This document shows positions 37,680 to 56,870 of a stretch of DNA of 64,000 nt, one piece after another. Under the pieces are notes generated by a model. The model was not told the DNA's origin, did no database searches, and worked only from the letters and a program-made list of their open reading frames with translations. The position numbers were made by a program, and so were the translations under genes. Position 1 is the first letter of the stretch. Each line of letters opens with the position of its first letter. The DNA lies in assembly GCA_964016885.1 (NCBI GenBank), contig OZ024742.1, forward strand, positions 357,616,001-357,680,000. Reading direction: 5' to 3'. This DNA is from Eledone cirrhosa (lineage: Eukaryota).

Positions 37680-38010
37680 TCAAAATAAAGATCCGAAGGC
37701 ATGGTATAAATTTGCAATCATTTTAATCACGACACATGTTTCAATAAGAGATAGATCGATCGTGTAGCCATGATCGATTATCGCTGATCTCATCAGGTGA
37801 AAATGTGTTCTGACTGCTTGATCTTCATATGAGGGACTAAACCCTGTGAATGAACACCGTTAATTTTCTCCCTCATATAAAGGATTTGAAGACAATTCAT
37901 TTTCACCCGACGAGATCAGCGATAATCAATCATGGCTAAACGATCGATCTATCTCTTTTTGATTAAAATGATTGGAAATTTATACCATGCCTTCGGATCT
38001 TTATTTTGAT
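37680..38010. repeat. Inverted-repeat element with hammerhead-bearing arms
   Basis: caaaataaagatccgaaggcatggtataaattt ... aaatttataccatgccttcggatctttattttg. Confidence 0.85.
37727..37800 (-). ncRNA. Type I hammerhead ribozyme motif with long stem II
   Basis: UCAC-CUGAUGA-...AUCGAUC/GAUCGAU stem...-GAAACAUGUGUC^GUGA; a damaged inverted copy lies at about 37900-37965. Confidence 0.7.
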
Positions 38011-38194
38011 ACAAATACTCTGTTTTACATCATCTAGCTGTTCCCATAAATGGAATTGGAGATATACAAAAGAGTGGAGAATTTAATATTGCTAACAAAA
38101 GTTTATTGGACCGTATGACACAACCAATAATACACCTTACTATATATTTTTATATTAATATATAGCACAAGTAGGAAATGACTCTGTGGCTATA

Positions 38195-40440
<2,246 letters not shown>

Positions 40441-40978
40441 GACATATACAATTATAGACAAACACTGACATCAACACAAATATATATATATTCATAAATG
40501 CATATACATAAGCAGATACAAATATAGATTATATAAATATATTGTATTATACACACACAGAATTATATACCTAGAAGACATAGGAACCAAACATACAAGT
40601 CATAAATATTTAACAGGTAGAAATTTAAAAGAACAAATTTGCAAACACACACATACACGGAGCTGCATAACTTAGTGGTTAGAGCTTCGGGCTTGCAATT
40701 ATGAGGTTGTGATTTCAATACTCTGACCGGCTGATGCAAAACACTTTATTTCACGTTGCTCCAGTTCACTCAGTTGTGACGTCACTGGAGTCAAGCTGTA
40801 TTGGCCTCTGCCTTTCTCTTTGACAATATTGGTGGTGTGGAGAGGGGAGGTTGGTATGCATGGGTGGCTACTGGTCTTCCACAAACAAACCTGGCCTAGG
40901 TTTGTGCTTCAGAGGGGCACTTGCTAGGTGCGAAACCATAGCCATTCATGACCAAAGGGGGTCTATGATATATATATT

Positions 40979-41018
<40 letters not shown>

Positions 41019-41215
41019 AATTGTGGCAATATTACACAAATATGACCCTCCCCAAGTATAACAATATATATATATATAACGAAGGAAATGTGGTAAGGAA
41101 CCAGGTGGACCATAACGCACCAAAGGATTCTAGTCCAGAATTAGCCGTCGAAACGGCTTGAGCTCAGCTGTCGGGGTCTTACTGGTTCCTATATATATAT
41201 ATATATATATATATA

Positions 41216-43092
<1,877 letters not shown>

Positions 43093-43676
43093 GTAGTTGA
43101 CAGGCAAAAGAAAAGAGTACTTAATATCGAAGTAGAGTTTAAATTTATTATGGCTGAGTAGTGAGACGCCTTACTGTGGAGTTTCACTGGCAAACTTGTA
43201 GGATCATCAGACAAGTCTATCCTGATGATTCTGTGAGTACCCAGGTGAAACTCCAGAGGAGTAACAAGACTGGAACTGACTCAACTTGTACTGACATGGA
43301 AATAGATAATAATGTATATAGAGTTTGCATGCTGAATATTTGCTGGAGTTGCTTATTTGCATATAGTGAACAGAAAATATTATTAATTGGCAGTATCATC
43401 AACACAGCATTTAAGCATAATAGGGGTGTATATGAAAGCATATAGAGGATGTGTACATACGATAAACATATGGTAGCCTTGCTATCAGAGAAAAAATAAT
43501 TTTTCATAAAAAAAAAACAATTTCCGCTATGAATATATTATTATAACCAGTCAAGTATGCAAATGAGAAGTCAAGTATGCAAATAAGCATTTCCAGCAAA
43601 GTTAAGTTGGAAAATTTATTAGTAGAATGAGGCAACAGATAAGTAAGTAGATAAAAAAGAAGTATAAATAAGTAGT

Positions 43677-43711
<35 letters not shown>

Positions 43712-44018
43712 CATCCTTATCGTTTAACACCCATTTTCCATGCTAGCATGGGTTAGACAGGTTGGCCCATTAGAGTAAAATTGTGTCAGGTGACTGTATC
43801 TTGCTCATATAGGACTGCTTTGGGCTAGATTTCTACAGCTGGATGTCCTAACGCCAACCACATTTAAAACATGGGCTAGGTGCCTTTTGTCATCTCACCT
43901 TCACGAGTACCTCAAAGGATGGGCTGGGTGTTGTTTTGTCATGACTCCTACATGACCCCTTTCCAGTGTGGGCTGAGTAATTTTGTTGTGATTTTACCCT
44001 AGCACTATACAGTGTTCA

Positions 44019-44068
<50 letters not shown>

Positions 44069-44224
44069 TTCGTTGACAAATATATCAATATGCCCAGACA
44101 TGTAGATATATTGCCTTTGGTATGACAGTGTGGTTTTAGCTCAATCTAGGATAACTAGTATACTACAGAGCCGTTATAGTTATAGGAATAACCAAAGAGT
44201 GCTTAGAAATACATTGTTTTATTA

Positions 44225-44269
44225 GCTAACAGTGTTTCATCCATACACCATGGCAGGAATCTTCAGAGC
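44225..44269 (-). ncRNA. Type I hammerhead ribozyme motif
   Basis: GCU-CUGAAGA-U(UCC...GGA)U-GAAACACUGUU^AGC. Confidence 0.7.
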
Positions 44270-44416
44270 CTATAAACATGAGTATATCAGTAGTTGCATA
44301 CTCCATCGAGCTGCGTCACCGGAACAAGGTTAAATGGCCAACATGGGGGTCCCGAGGCTAGCGCTATATGGAAAAATAAAGAATACATGATGCACATAAT
44401 GTCATAAAATGTCTTA

Positions 44417-44620
44417 AAAATTTAAAAATTAAAAATTAAAAATTAAAAATTAAAAATTAAAAATTAAAAATTAAAAATTAAAAATTAAAAATGAAAAATG
44501 AAAAATGAAAAATGAAAAATGAAAAATGAAAAATGAAAAATGAAAAATGAAAAATGAAAAATGAAAAATGAAAAATGAAAAATGAAAAATGAAAAATTTA
44601 AAATTTAAAATTTAAAATTA
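44417..44620. repeat. Compound 7-bp repeat (AAAAATT)n(AAAAATG)n(AAAATTT)n
   Basis: Direct reading. Confidence 0.95.
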
Positions 44621-45319
44621 CACCAAAAGGTTACCACTTAGATGGTGCAATAGATGATAAAGAGGTTGGGAGAGGGTAGCAAGGGATGAGTGAGGGTATT
44701 ACTCAGCATGATCAGAAACAATCAGAAAATATGAGAAAATTAAAAAAATAATAATAAAAATGTACAAAAATACAGGGGTAAGAAAAGAGATAAATACGAA
44801 AATACAAAACAATAAGGAACAAAAAGCCCCCCCCCCCCCAAAAAAAAAAAAACAACAAATATATAAGACAAAGCAAAGCATAGATGCGTCAAAGCACAAG
44901 CAGTGCAAAAAGAGGGTGTACAGGCAGATCAAGAGAGTTTGCAAGCATGAGTCTGTGAAAAGAATTGTTGGTTAGCAGTAATGCAGCCTTACATGTATGA
45001 TAGTCCATATGAGGGACGGTGTACTCCAATGATATCGCCTTGTAACAGGTCGATTCTCCTTATCATATCCACACCCTACGAACCACATCAATATGTTCCA
45101 GTTCCGAACGCTAAGTGAGATAACACTATTTTTCCAAAACCTATACCCAGGGGATTTATCACCATAGGCGGTCTGGCATATACACGTAAAATCTACAATA
45201 AAATTCCAGAGTTAGGTTTGATCATTGCATCGATCGTGCCTCGAGCTGGTCGCCAGACAAACGATTGTAATACGTCTAATAAATTTTATTTGTCCCACCA
45301 CTGATTCTCCGTTTCTTAT

Positions 45320-45479
<160 letters not shown>

Positions 45480-45525
45480 TATGAAATACTGTTAGCTTCT
45501 CGCTAAAACAATTTCTATACCTTTC

Positions 45526-45570
<45 letters not shown>

Positions 45571-46537
45571 TAGCGAGGTTTTTTATATGGCAACATTGAG
45601 GACCGAGTAAGTTAGATCGCAGATATAAAAGACAGCGAGAAGCGAAAACCAACCAAACAGTGAGTGTGTTCTGTTATTAATTCTGGCATTATTACGCAAA
45701 TATGACCCTCCCCAAGTATATAAATATATATAAATATATATGTAGAAGATCACGCCATCTGGCGTCGACTGTGAAGCCAGTCGATTAACTGCCCTTAGTT
45801 CTGACGTCACGTTCTGACGTCAGTTGTTGAGACAACAACACTCTGACCATGGCAGCTCGTAGACAACAGATGTGCTAATCCCCGTGCAGTTATTCCACAC
45901 AGCGACATCACACCATGCGGTCGTGGTGGCATAATACGATAATGAACCACTACCCAACCTTGGAGCACTAATTTGTTAACCAGTATTATGATTTGCTTTA
46001 ATTAAAATGTTCACGTAACATCATCTTGAGGTATGTTCTTTTTTGTTTGATGATGTGCCAGCCAGTAAACAATAACCAATTAGACGAGATGACCGACGAC
46101 CACCCCGCCTAAAGTGGTGACCCTCGACGATTAAATATGAAAGCGCAGCCTGCTTAACTTCGCCATTCGTTTTTAAATTGAAAATTGTTCGTCTTACACG
46201 AAAAAAAAAAACATTTTTCTTTTTTCCAACATGACTGACTGGCCAGCTAACATTCCCGCACATTGTCTTTCTTCTTCAAATGCAGCCATCTGATTGGCTT
46301 AGCCTCGTCACGCGACCATATTCTTGTTTTGGAAAAGAAATGCGACGCCATCTTGTTTGATATTTGCTAGCTTGTTCCACAGATTCTGCCTTTTCGATTT
46401 TCGCTGCTATTTCTTGTACTGTGACTGAACTTCTTTTGCTTGCGGCAACTTAATGGATATTTAGGGAAAATTGTACTGTTTTCCCGTCGTTTTGAACATT
46501 ACCTACTTTTATTCGTCCATGCGGTAATAGATTGACG

Positions 46538-47310
46538 ATGAGTGGTCCTGGTTTGCCTGCGTTCTCAGGTGATACTAAGCTCTGGTTTGCGCAGCTCGAC
46601 GCTTATTTTGCTGCCAACGAAGTAAAAACCGAGAAAAGCTCAACTTTTTGATAAGTGGTATTCCTTCTTCACTCGCTGTAACAGTGAAAGATTTGATCAC
46701 GAACCCGTCGGCCAGTATTTTTTATGATTCGTTGCGGGAAGAAATTCTTCGAAGGAACAGTCGTTCTGCTGAGAGCAGATTTCGTTCATTGTTGGAGGAT
46801 GAGTGTCTAGGCGATAGGTCGCCCTCCGAATTTTTGCGCCACATTAGGGACCTCACTGAATCGCCTGAACAGGATCATTCCTTTATGAAACAATTATTTT
46901 TCTCTCGCCTGCCAAACAACGTCCAAATAATTCTGGCAAATATAGTGGACACCAGCTCTTTGGAGCAAATTGCTGCCTCCGCGGATCGAATCGTGGAATT
47001 TTCTAAAAAGGCTTACCGCCTCGGACTCGCGTATTCTTTCCTCTCATTTGAACCAGCCCGTCTCAACACGCGAGGATGCCGTGCTGTAGGCTATTGACGC
47101 TTTGACGCAGCAAGTCACTCGATTGTGCAGAGAGAATAGGCCGTATTCCCGGCGGCCTAGGAGTCGTTCGCGACTCCACGTCGGCGTACTACTTCGCCTG
47201 CCAGCAACCAATCATTGTGCTGGTATCATGCTACCTATGCGGATAAGGCAGATCATTGCCGGCCTCCGTGTAATTATTCGGCCGCGGGAAATGTGGACCA
47301 GAGTCATTAA
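46538..47310 (+). pseudogene. gag: Gypsy gag, frameshifted
   Basis: Starts MSGPGLPAFSGDTKLWFAQLDAYF; LGDRSPSEFLRHIRDL; terminal CWYH...CRPPC motif near 47218-47272. Confidence 0.85.
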
Positions 47311-47319
47311 AGGCGGCTA

Positions 47320-50300
47320 GTGAACTCTGATACAAAACGGAACCGCCATTTCTTCATTGAGGACCTCCTGTCTGGAAGAGCCTTCCTAGTGGACACAGGA
47401 GCTTCGGGCAGTATTTGGCCTGTTACTACTATGACAGCAACTCCTCCTGAGTCGTTGATCAAATTGCAAGCTGTCAACCAGTCAACAATCAGAACTTTTG
47501 GACAGATCTCGCTTCCTCTTAAGTTCCGAAATCTTCGTCGGGATTTCAAATGGGTATTCACTGTTGCTGATCTGCCATACCCGATTTTGGGCGCGGATTT
47601 TCTGCACCATTTTTCTTTGACGGTGGACGTTCGTCACCAACGCCTGATTGACAATATTACTGGTTTTTCTCTGTGTGGCAGGACTGCGGAATTTTCTACA
47701 ATTAGCACGACTTTCTTTATTGCTAACTCTGGAAACTTATATCATGGACTGTTGAAATCGTTCCCGCAACTGGCTCGTGAAATTTTTAGAGTCACTGATC
47801 CAGGCCACGCTACGGAACATTTTATTACTACAACTGGCGCTCCGGTTTGTCCGCCGATTGCCAGCGGACAAATTGAAAGCAGCACGGTCCGAGTTCGATC
47901 ATATGCTACAGCTCAGAATTATTCGTCCTTCCACGAGCCCGTGGGCATCTCCATTACATATGGGCCAAAATCTTCTGGCGATTGGAGACCCACTGGAGAT
48001 TATAGAAGATTGAACTCGATGACCGTACCGGATCGGTATCCTATCCCTCATTTGCAGGATTTTGCATCCTCGTTGCAAGGTTGCAACATTTTTTTGAAGC
48101 TCGATTTGATACGAGCCTATAACCAAATTCCTGTCAATAGAGACGACATCCCGAAAACGGCTATAACTACGCCATTTGGATCTTTCGAATTTCTCACCAT
48201 GCCTTTCGGGTTACGGAATGCTGCTAGCACCTTCCAGCGTTTTATGGATGAGGTCACTCGCGGCCACGACTTTGTATACACCTACATTGATGACCATCTT
48301 GTTGCTAGCTCTTCTCCAGAGCAGCATTTGCGCCATCTGGAACTTCTATTTTCTCGATTAAAGAATTACAATGTTCGGATTAATCCGTCAAAATGTGTTT
48401 TTGGTTCCGAATCTTTGAATTTTTTGGGTCACGTCATTGACTCTGACGGTATTCGTCCTATTCCTGAGAGAGGTAAAGCTATAGAGGATTTGCCTCCACC
48501 AACCTCACTTCGTCAGTTGCGCCAATTCTTGGGGCTGATTAATTTTTATAGGCGGTTTGTGCCTAATTGTGCTAAAGTACTCTTCTCTTTGACGGAAATT
48601 TTGAAAAAAATTGCCGAAAGAAAAATAAAGACATTTCATTGAATGAAACTCAGCTCCAGGATTTTGAGAGCGCGAAAATTGTTCTAGCCAATGCATCTTT
48701 GCTGGCTCACCCAGTGTCCAACGCTAAGCTTTTGCTTTGTTTTGATGCGTCGGATACTGCCGTGGGCGCGGTTTTTCAGCAAAGTAGAAATGATCAACAG
48801 CAACCGTTGGAATTTTTCTCCAGGAAGCTGAAACCTGCCGAAACCCGCTACAGCACCTTTGGACGGGAGTTGATAGCAATATATTTATCGGTGAATCATT
48901 TTTCGCACATGCTTGAGGGAAGAACGTTTACTATCTTCACGGACTACAAGCCGTTGACATTCGCCTTGCAAGCAAAGGCATACAAATACTTGCCGAGAGA
49001 AACTAGACATCTTGATCTCATCTCTCAGTTTACGAATGACATTCAACATATTCCGGGTTATATGAATACAGCGGCCGACGACCTGTCTCGTTTACCGATT
49101 ACTTCAATCTCGTCGCCCGATGACATAGATTTGAATCACTTGGCAGCCGATCAGCCTACCCTCGAATCGTTAGATGTTACATCACCTGAATTTGTGAATT
49201 GCAGGATGAAATACCTACCTTTACCGACCGCAGACGGATGGATCCTCTGCGACGTCTCTTTGGATGTGCCACGCCCTTTTGTTCCGTTGAATCATCGTCG
49301 AACAGTGTTTCTTGTTTTGCACGGCATTTCACATCCTGGATCTTCTGCCACAGTAAAACTCATAACGGCTAGATTCTTCTGGCCAAATATGAGACGTGAA
49401 ATTACTGTCTGGTGCCGTTCCTGTGTTGCTTGCCAGAAATCGAAAGTTCATAGGCATGTTAAGACTCCCCTTGGTAATTTTAGTAGCCCGGACGCCCGCT
49501 TTCGCCATATCCATGTGGACATCGTGGGACCTTGGCCCATCAGCGGTGGTTACAATTACTTATTAACTGTAATCGATCGTTTTTCGCGATGGTCTGAAGC
49601 CATCCCCTTGAGGGATATCACTGCTGAGACCACAGCGCGTGCCCTTGTGTCTGGATGGATCGCTCGATATGGAGTACCAACTACGATTACAATGAACCGT
49701 GGAAGACAGTTTGAATCGAACCTCTTCCATGAATTGACAAAGATCATCGGCGCTAAACGCATCCGAACTACAGCATATCATCCTGCCTCGAATGGAATGG
49801 GGAAGCGCTCCCACCGACAACTGAAAGCCGCTCTACGGACTTCTCCTGACCCTACGCGCTGGAGCGAGTACCTCCCTATTGTGTTGTTGGGAATTCGGTC
49901 AACAATAAAGGAGCACCTTGAGTTCTCCCCGGCCGAATTGTTATATGGTGCTCCTCTAGCGTTACCTGGGCAAATGCTTGCCCCTGTCGATTTTGCTGAA
50001 CAAGATCCGCTTTCCTACGTATCCTGTCTGCGTTCTTATTTTCAGGACCTGCTGCCGATGGATACGAGGAAGCAAACTGTACAATTTGCAGTCCCGAGGG
50101 ATATTGCCTCGTGGACCCATGTGTTTGTGAGAAACGATGCTGTGAAACCACCTCTCACACAACCATACTCTGGACCCTACCGTGTATTAGCTCGTTCAGA
50201 GAAACATTTCACTGTAGACATTAAGGGTTCCAGAGAGACGGTTTCGATTGATAGACTCAAGCGAGCACATTTGGATACAGATGCTATCGCACCTGAGCCA

Positions 50301-50423
50301 CAAACGCCCCCGTCATTTTCTTTCGCACACACACCTGCTTCTTCGTCCCCCCCCCCCATCTCTAAGATATCAGACTATGACCCGTTCCGGTCGGAGGTTT
50401 CATTGGCCCAAAAAACTGTGTAG
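47320..50423 (+). pseudogene. pol: Gypsy pol (protease, RT, RNase H, integrase), frameshifted
   Basis: FLVDTGA; MPFGLRNA and YIDD; DAS...FFSRKL...YSTFGREL; H-HPG...C..CQ; integrase core where the usual MVERFHR reads MGKRSHR; PYSGPY. Confidence 0.95.
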
Positions 50424-51063
50424 CACGGTATATTTTTAAACTGCTATTGTGCGGTGCTTTAATCCTGTAGTGACTTTTAGAACTTTTAGGAAATTGGAAT
50501 TACATCTCATTACATTGGGTTTTTTTTTCCTTTCACGTTCCTGCATGCTTTTTTAATATGTATTTTTGAAATTTGTTGTGCCCTTCATGCTCGGTTGGGC
50601 TGATTGCTCCTTGGTTTGGGATTTTGGATGGTTGTTAATCGGTTTTTCTACATACGTGATTCGATGAACCGATTTTTATTTAATTTTCTAAAAATCTGGT
50701 GGGACGCCATGTAGAAGATCACGCCATCTGGCGTCGACTGTGAAGCCAGTCGATTAACTACTCTTAGTTCTGACGTCAGTTGCTGAGACAACAACACTCT
50801 GATCATGGCAGCTCGTAGACAACAGACGTGCTAATCCCCTGCAGTTTTTCCACGCAGCGACATCACACCATGCGGTCGTGGCATAATACGATAATGAAGC
50901 ACTACCCAACCTTGGAGCACTAATATGTTAACCAGTATTATGATTTGCTTTAAATAAAATGTTCACGTAACATAATCTTGAGGTATGTTCTTTTTGTTTG
51001 ATGATGTGCCAGCCAGTAAACAATAACCAATTAGACGAGATGACCGACGACCACCCCGCCTAA

Positions 51064-51094
<31 letters not shown>

Positions 51095-51256
51095 AAGAAT
51101 GAAGAGTAACATGGTTGGCTGTACAATAATTACCTCGAACTCGCTGCATAACTATGGAAACATCTTCTTGAGTCAAACAAAGCCGTACGTTAAAACTATC
51201 CCCGACACAGGGTACTCACAACCTCTAACTTGATTACCTATAACGATAACTTATCC

Positions 51257-51284
<28 letters not shown>

Positions 51285-51287
<3 letters not shown>

Positions 51288-52255
51288 ACTAGAAATTGAT
51301 TAACATATAAATAAACATGAATAATCACAGGAGATCATTTTTACAAGTGTGTAACCACACATAGCTAGGTAGGTAACTACATAAAGTTGACCAGAACTTC
51401 AAAAATAGATACCTTATAATATGATTAATCTTCCCTGTATATATTCCATTAAAGAAATATATTTCTCCAATTAATCGGATGGTAAACCACGGAAGTGGAT
51501 ACTTGGATTTTCAACAAGGAAGAAGTTCCAGCGATCCGAGTTTACACTTCAAGTTCAAATCAGCGACTGGCCAGTAACACGTGCTATATCTACTCGAAAT
51601 ACACACATCACACTAGCTTCCTCCCAGTGGCGTGAATTGGGTTATCGACAACTAGAAACAGGAGTCGAGTCCTTTCAACAGAGTTAGCTCTACAATTAAG
51701 GAGCCGTATTTATATATCTATATCCAAAATTAAGATAAATCAAATGAATTTAATCCAAATCAAATTTATGGGTGTCATGCCAGAAAGACATGCGCCATAC
51801 CACCCGCAAAATAAGCTCTAAGATTCTAACGAGTAGGTCCGAGCATTTTATAATAACTAGAAATTGATTAACATATAAATGAACATGAATAATCACAGTA
51901 GATAATTTTTACAAGTGTGTAACCACACATAGCTAGGTTGGTAACTACATAAAGTTGACCAGAACTTCAAAAATAGATACCTTATAATATGATTAATCTA
52001 TTTTTGAAGTTCTAGTCAACTCTATTTAGTTACCTACCTAGATATGTGTGGTTACACACTTGTAAAAATTATCTCCTGTGATTATTCATGTTTATTAATA
52101 TGTTAATCAATTTCTAGTTATTATAAAATGCTCGGAGCTACTCGTTAGAATCTTAGAGCTTATTTTGCGGGTGATATGGCACATGTCTTTCTGGCATGAC
52201 ACCCATAATTTTGATTTGGATTAAATCCATTTGATTTATCTTAATTTTGGATATA
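51285..52255. repeat. Partial tandem + inverted non-coding element
   Basis: Block ataactagaaattg...gattaatc at about 51285-51430 and 51852-51999, then inverted copy about 52000-52255 of 51718-51975; flanked by (TA)n. Confidence 0.85.
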
Positions 52256-53290
<1,035 letters not shown>

Positions 53291-54666
53291 TGAATGTAAC
53301 AAACTGATAATTCAAAGTCAATCTAGGGGAGCAGAGAAATTGCTCAATAAGTTCAAAGTTTTTCAAAGTCAAATAGTTCACACATCACCAGTGTACAGAC
53401 ACTAGTTCTATCTGAAAACTGAAAAAGAAGTTCGTTAATGCCGTTAGGGGTTAGATGTATGGTGTTTTTGTGAGATTTCGTGGCCATTTTCCCGTTCCGC
53501 CACACGGTTGTGTTGCTTATTGTTAAAGCAAAGTCAAAGAATCTTCTGTAGAGTAGGAGTCACCAAATATGGCAGTCACGTCTGACGCCATAATGGTGAG
53601 AAAACTACTGTCTCAATTTCTCGCGTCCCTGTGGTAACGAGACAGAAGGTATGGTGGCTGCGTCGGTAAAGTTACAAGCCGTTTTGAAATTTCCGATGTG
53701 TGGTGGTTGGCATCGGTAAGGTTATGAAGCTGCCACTCATTGTTGTTCCCTGTATTGGTCAGTGGTTAAACAACGCTGTCGCTGCTGCTGTCATTGTTGT
53801 TGTCAAGCGTAGCCATGACATGTCGGTAGCCATCTTGAAATTTTTTCGTGGCGAAAAAGTTTTTGAAATACTGCTAATTTTTCAAAAATCTTAAAAGGAA
53901 TATTCTGGATTTTCGCAAGTTGCGACGTGGCAATAAAAGTTAAACTGAATGAATAAGAAGGGCTGCGTGATATTCTTACGTCGGTCACCACTTTAGCAGT
54001 ATTAGTTGTAGATGTTATCGAGATACGAGTGACATAATAATTATTTCAACAGCAGAAATTAGAGATGAAATATACGTTTATTTTTTGATGTAGCACAAAC
54101 AATGGTGTTGTACAGAGGCTGGTTTCTGGCGTGTGTTCAGTCGGCTTTTCAGTGGCTGTCTGTCTTTTCTTTCTGGCGTTCTCAACCGGCGTTGTTCTAT
54201 CAAGGAGCATGAGGCGTCTTACTACATATACATATATATATAGTGAGAAATGGAACGGGAACAAAACAGAGGCAGTACGAACAAAGGTTTATTAGTTTCA
54301 CGCTCTTGAGAGTGGGGGAGGGGAACATATATATATATATACATATATATATATTTATATACACATATATACATATATGTATATACTAGACCACCCGTGA
54401 CCCGTTGGGTCATGTTAAATTTAAAATATTTTTTTTTAAATCGTGTTCACTTAAAAATAATTTAAACAAAATAAAAATATACACATACATGTATATAATG
54501 TGAAATGAAACTGGAAGGCCTATATATATACGTGAGTGTATGTATATATATATATGTGTGTGTGTGTGTAAACATATACATATATATGTATGTGTGTGTA
54601 TATATATATATATGTAGATGTCTGTGATCTACATGCACTGGTCATAATCACACACATATATATATT

Positions 54667-54700
<34 letters not shown>

Positions 54701-54859
54701 CACACACACAACAGCACCACCAGCTCTCTTCCATTTTCATCTCTGTCTCCTCTCCCTCTTTCTGTCTCTCTTTCAATCTACTCTCTCACAACCACTATCT
54801 CTTTCTCTCTATCTTTTTCTCTCTTTGTTTACTTTGTTTATGAAGGCACCAGGAAAAAC

Positions 54860-54987
54860 CCCAAAGTGTGTATATATTTTTCGGGCACACCATATATATA
54901 TACCGGTGTCCTAAAAATGTATACACCATTCTAATATATATATTGCCTGTACAGGTAATCAAAGTGTGTATACATTTTTCGGGGACA

Positions 54988-55044
<57 letters not shown>

Positions 55045-55135
55045 GGGATCCCTAAAAATGTATACACCACCCTAACAAATAATGCATGTATAGGCAATCA
55101 AAGTGGGTATACATTTTTGGGGGGACAACCTGTAT
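54860..55135. mobile_element. Cluster of about 90-bp Tc1/mariner-like MITEs in (TA)n
   Basis: TA-ccggtgtcctaaaaatgtatacac ... gtgtatacatttttcggggacacca-TA at about 54901-54992 and 55041-55134, plus a half copy at 54863-54892. Confidence 0.7.
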
Positions 55136-55230
55136 ATACACAAATATGAACATATATATATAGAGAAAGTGTGTGCAAGCAAGCAAGCAAGCAATTAATC
55201 AAGATCAGAGTTTTAGTAGTATATAGATAG

Positions 55231-55278
<48 letters not shown>

Positions 55279-55431
55279 ATAAATGCTCTGAAATAGCGAT
55301 ATATATGTGAATATAGACATAGAATATTCGAAAATATTCTGTATGTTTATAATAAACATTTTGAAGACCTAATCGCTATAGAATAGAATACGTCACGTAT
55401 TACAATTAGATTCTCGATAAAAGCAAGGGAA

Positions 55432-55474
55432 GTAATCTACGCGTTTCATTCTTGTTAGAAATCATCAGGACTAC
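55432..55474 (-). ncRNA. Hammerhead ribozyme, inverted copy of the 310-bp unit
   Basis: Exact reverse complement of 55778-55820. Confidence 0.88.
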
Positions 55475-55777
55475 ATATCCAGTGCTTTTATCGAGAATGA
55501 CACAGCTAGAGACTTATAGAATACTTAGCTGTGTACAGGAACTGGTTTGAAAGAGCGGTTGCCGGTCCGGCAGAAATTAGAAATTGGAATAAATGCTCTG
55601 AAATAGCGATATATATGTGAATATAGACATAGAATATATATATCGCTATTTCAGAGCATTTATTCCAATTTCTAATTTCTGCCGGACCGGCAACCGCTCT
55701 TTCAAACCAGTTCCTGTACACAGCTAAGTATTCTATAAGTCTCTAGCTGTGTCATTCTCGATAAAAGCACTGGATAT

Positions 55778-55820
55778 GTAGTCCTGATGATTTCTAACAA
55801 GAATGAAACGCGTAGATTAC
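55778..55820 (+). ncRNA. Type I minimal hammerhead ribozyme, copy 1 (identical copies at 56088-56130, 56398-56440, 56708-56750)
   Basis: GUAGUC-CUGAUGA-U(UUCU aaca AGAA)U-GAAACGCGUA^GAUUAC: stem I GUAGUC/GAUUAC, intact core, palindromic stem III ACGCGU, GUA cleavage triplet. Confidence 0.9.
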
Positions 55821-56870
55821 TTCCCTTGCTTTTATCGAGAATCTAATTGTAATACGTGACGTATTCTATTCTATAGCGATTAGGTCTTCAAAATGTTTAT
55901 TATAAACATACAGAATATTTTCGAATATTCTATGTCTATATTCACATATATATCGCTATTTCAGAGCATTTATTCCAATTTCTAATTTCTGCCGGACCGG
56001 CAACCGCTCTTTCAAACCAGTTCCTGTACACAGCTAAGTATTCTATAAGTCTCTAGCTGTGTCATTCTCGATAAAAGCACTGGATATGTAGTCCTGATGA
56101 TTTCTAACAAGAATGAAACGCGTAGATTACTTCCCTTGCTTTTATCGAGAATCTAATTGTAATACGTGACGTATTCTATTCTATAGCGATTAGGTCTTCA
56201 AAATGTTTATTATAAACATACAGAATATTTTCGAATATTCTATGTCTATATTCACATATATATCGCTATTTCAGAGCATTTATTCCAATTTCTAATTTCT
56301 GCCGGACCGGCAACCGCTCTTTCAAACCAGTTCCTGTACACAGCTAAGTATTCTATAAGTCTCTAGCTGTGTCATTCTCGATAAAAGCACTGGATATGTA
56401 GTCCTGATGATTTCTAACAAGAATGAAACGCGTAGATTACTTCCCTTGCTTTTATCGAGAATCTAATTGTAATACGTGACGTATTCTATTCTATAGCGAT
56501 TAGGTCTTCAAAATGTTTATTATAAACATACAGAATATTTTCGAATATTCTATGTCTATATACACATATATATCGCTATTTCAGAGCATTTATTCCAATT
56601 TTTAATTTCTGCCGGACCGGCAACCGCTCTTTCAAACCAGTTCCTGTACACAGCTAAGTATTCTATAAGTCTCTAGCTGTGTCATTCTCGATAAAAGCAC
56701 TGGATATGTAGTCCTGATGATTTCTAACAAGAATGAAACGCGTAGATTACTTCCCTTGCTTTTATCGAGAATCTAATTGTAATACGTGACGTATTCTATT
56801 CTATAGCGATTAGGTCTTCAAAATGTTTATTATAAACATACAGAATATTTTCGAATATTCTATGTCTATA

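Larger units (their letters stand above)
45741..51064 (+). mobile_element. Full-length Gypsy/Ty3 LTR retrotransposon, decayed
   Basis: LTRs 45741-46113 and 50710-51064 (start TGTAG); PBS TGGTGACCCTCGACG at 46115; order gag-PR-RT-RNaseH-IN; inserted in (TA)n. Confidence 0.97.

Noticed and set aside
51495-51710. Hammerhead within the 51.3-52.3 kb fold-back element
   Set aside because: Only very degenerate matches; no intact CUGANGA with closing stems found on either strand.
53400-54330. GC-richer segment upstream of the GIY-YIG ORF as a gene
   Set aside because: No recognisable protein in any frame; probably part of a repeat, unclassifiable from sequence alone.
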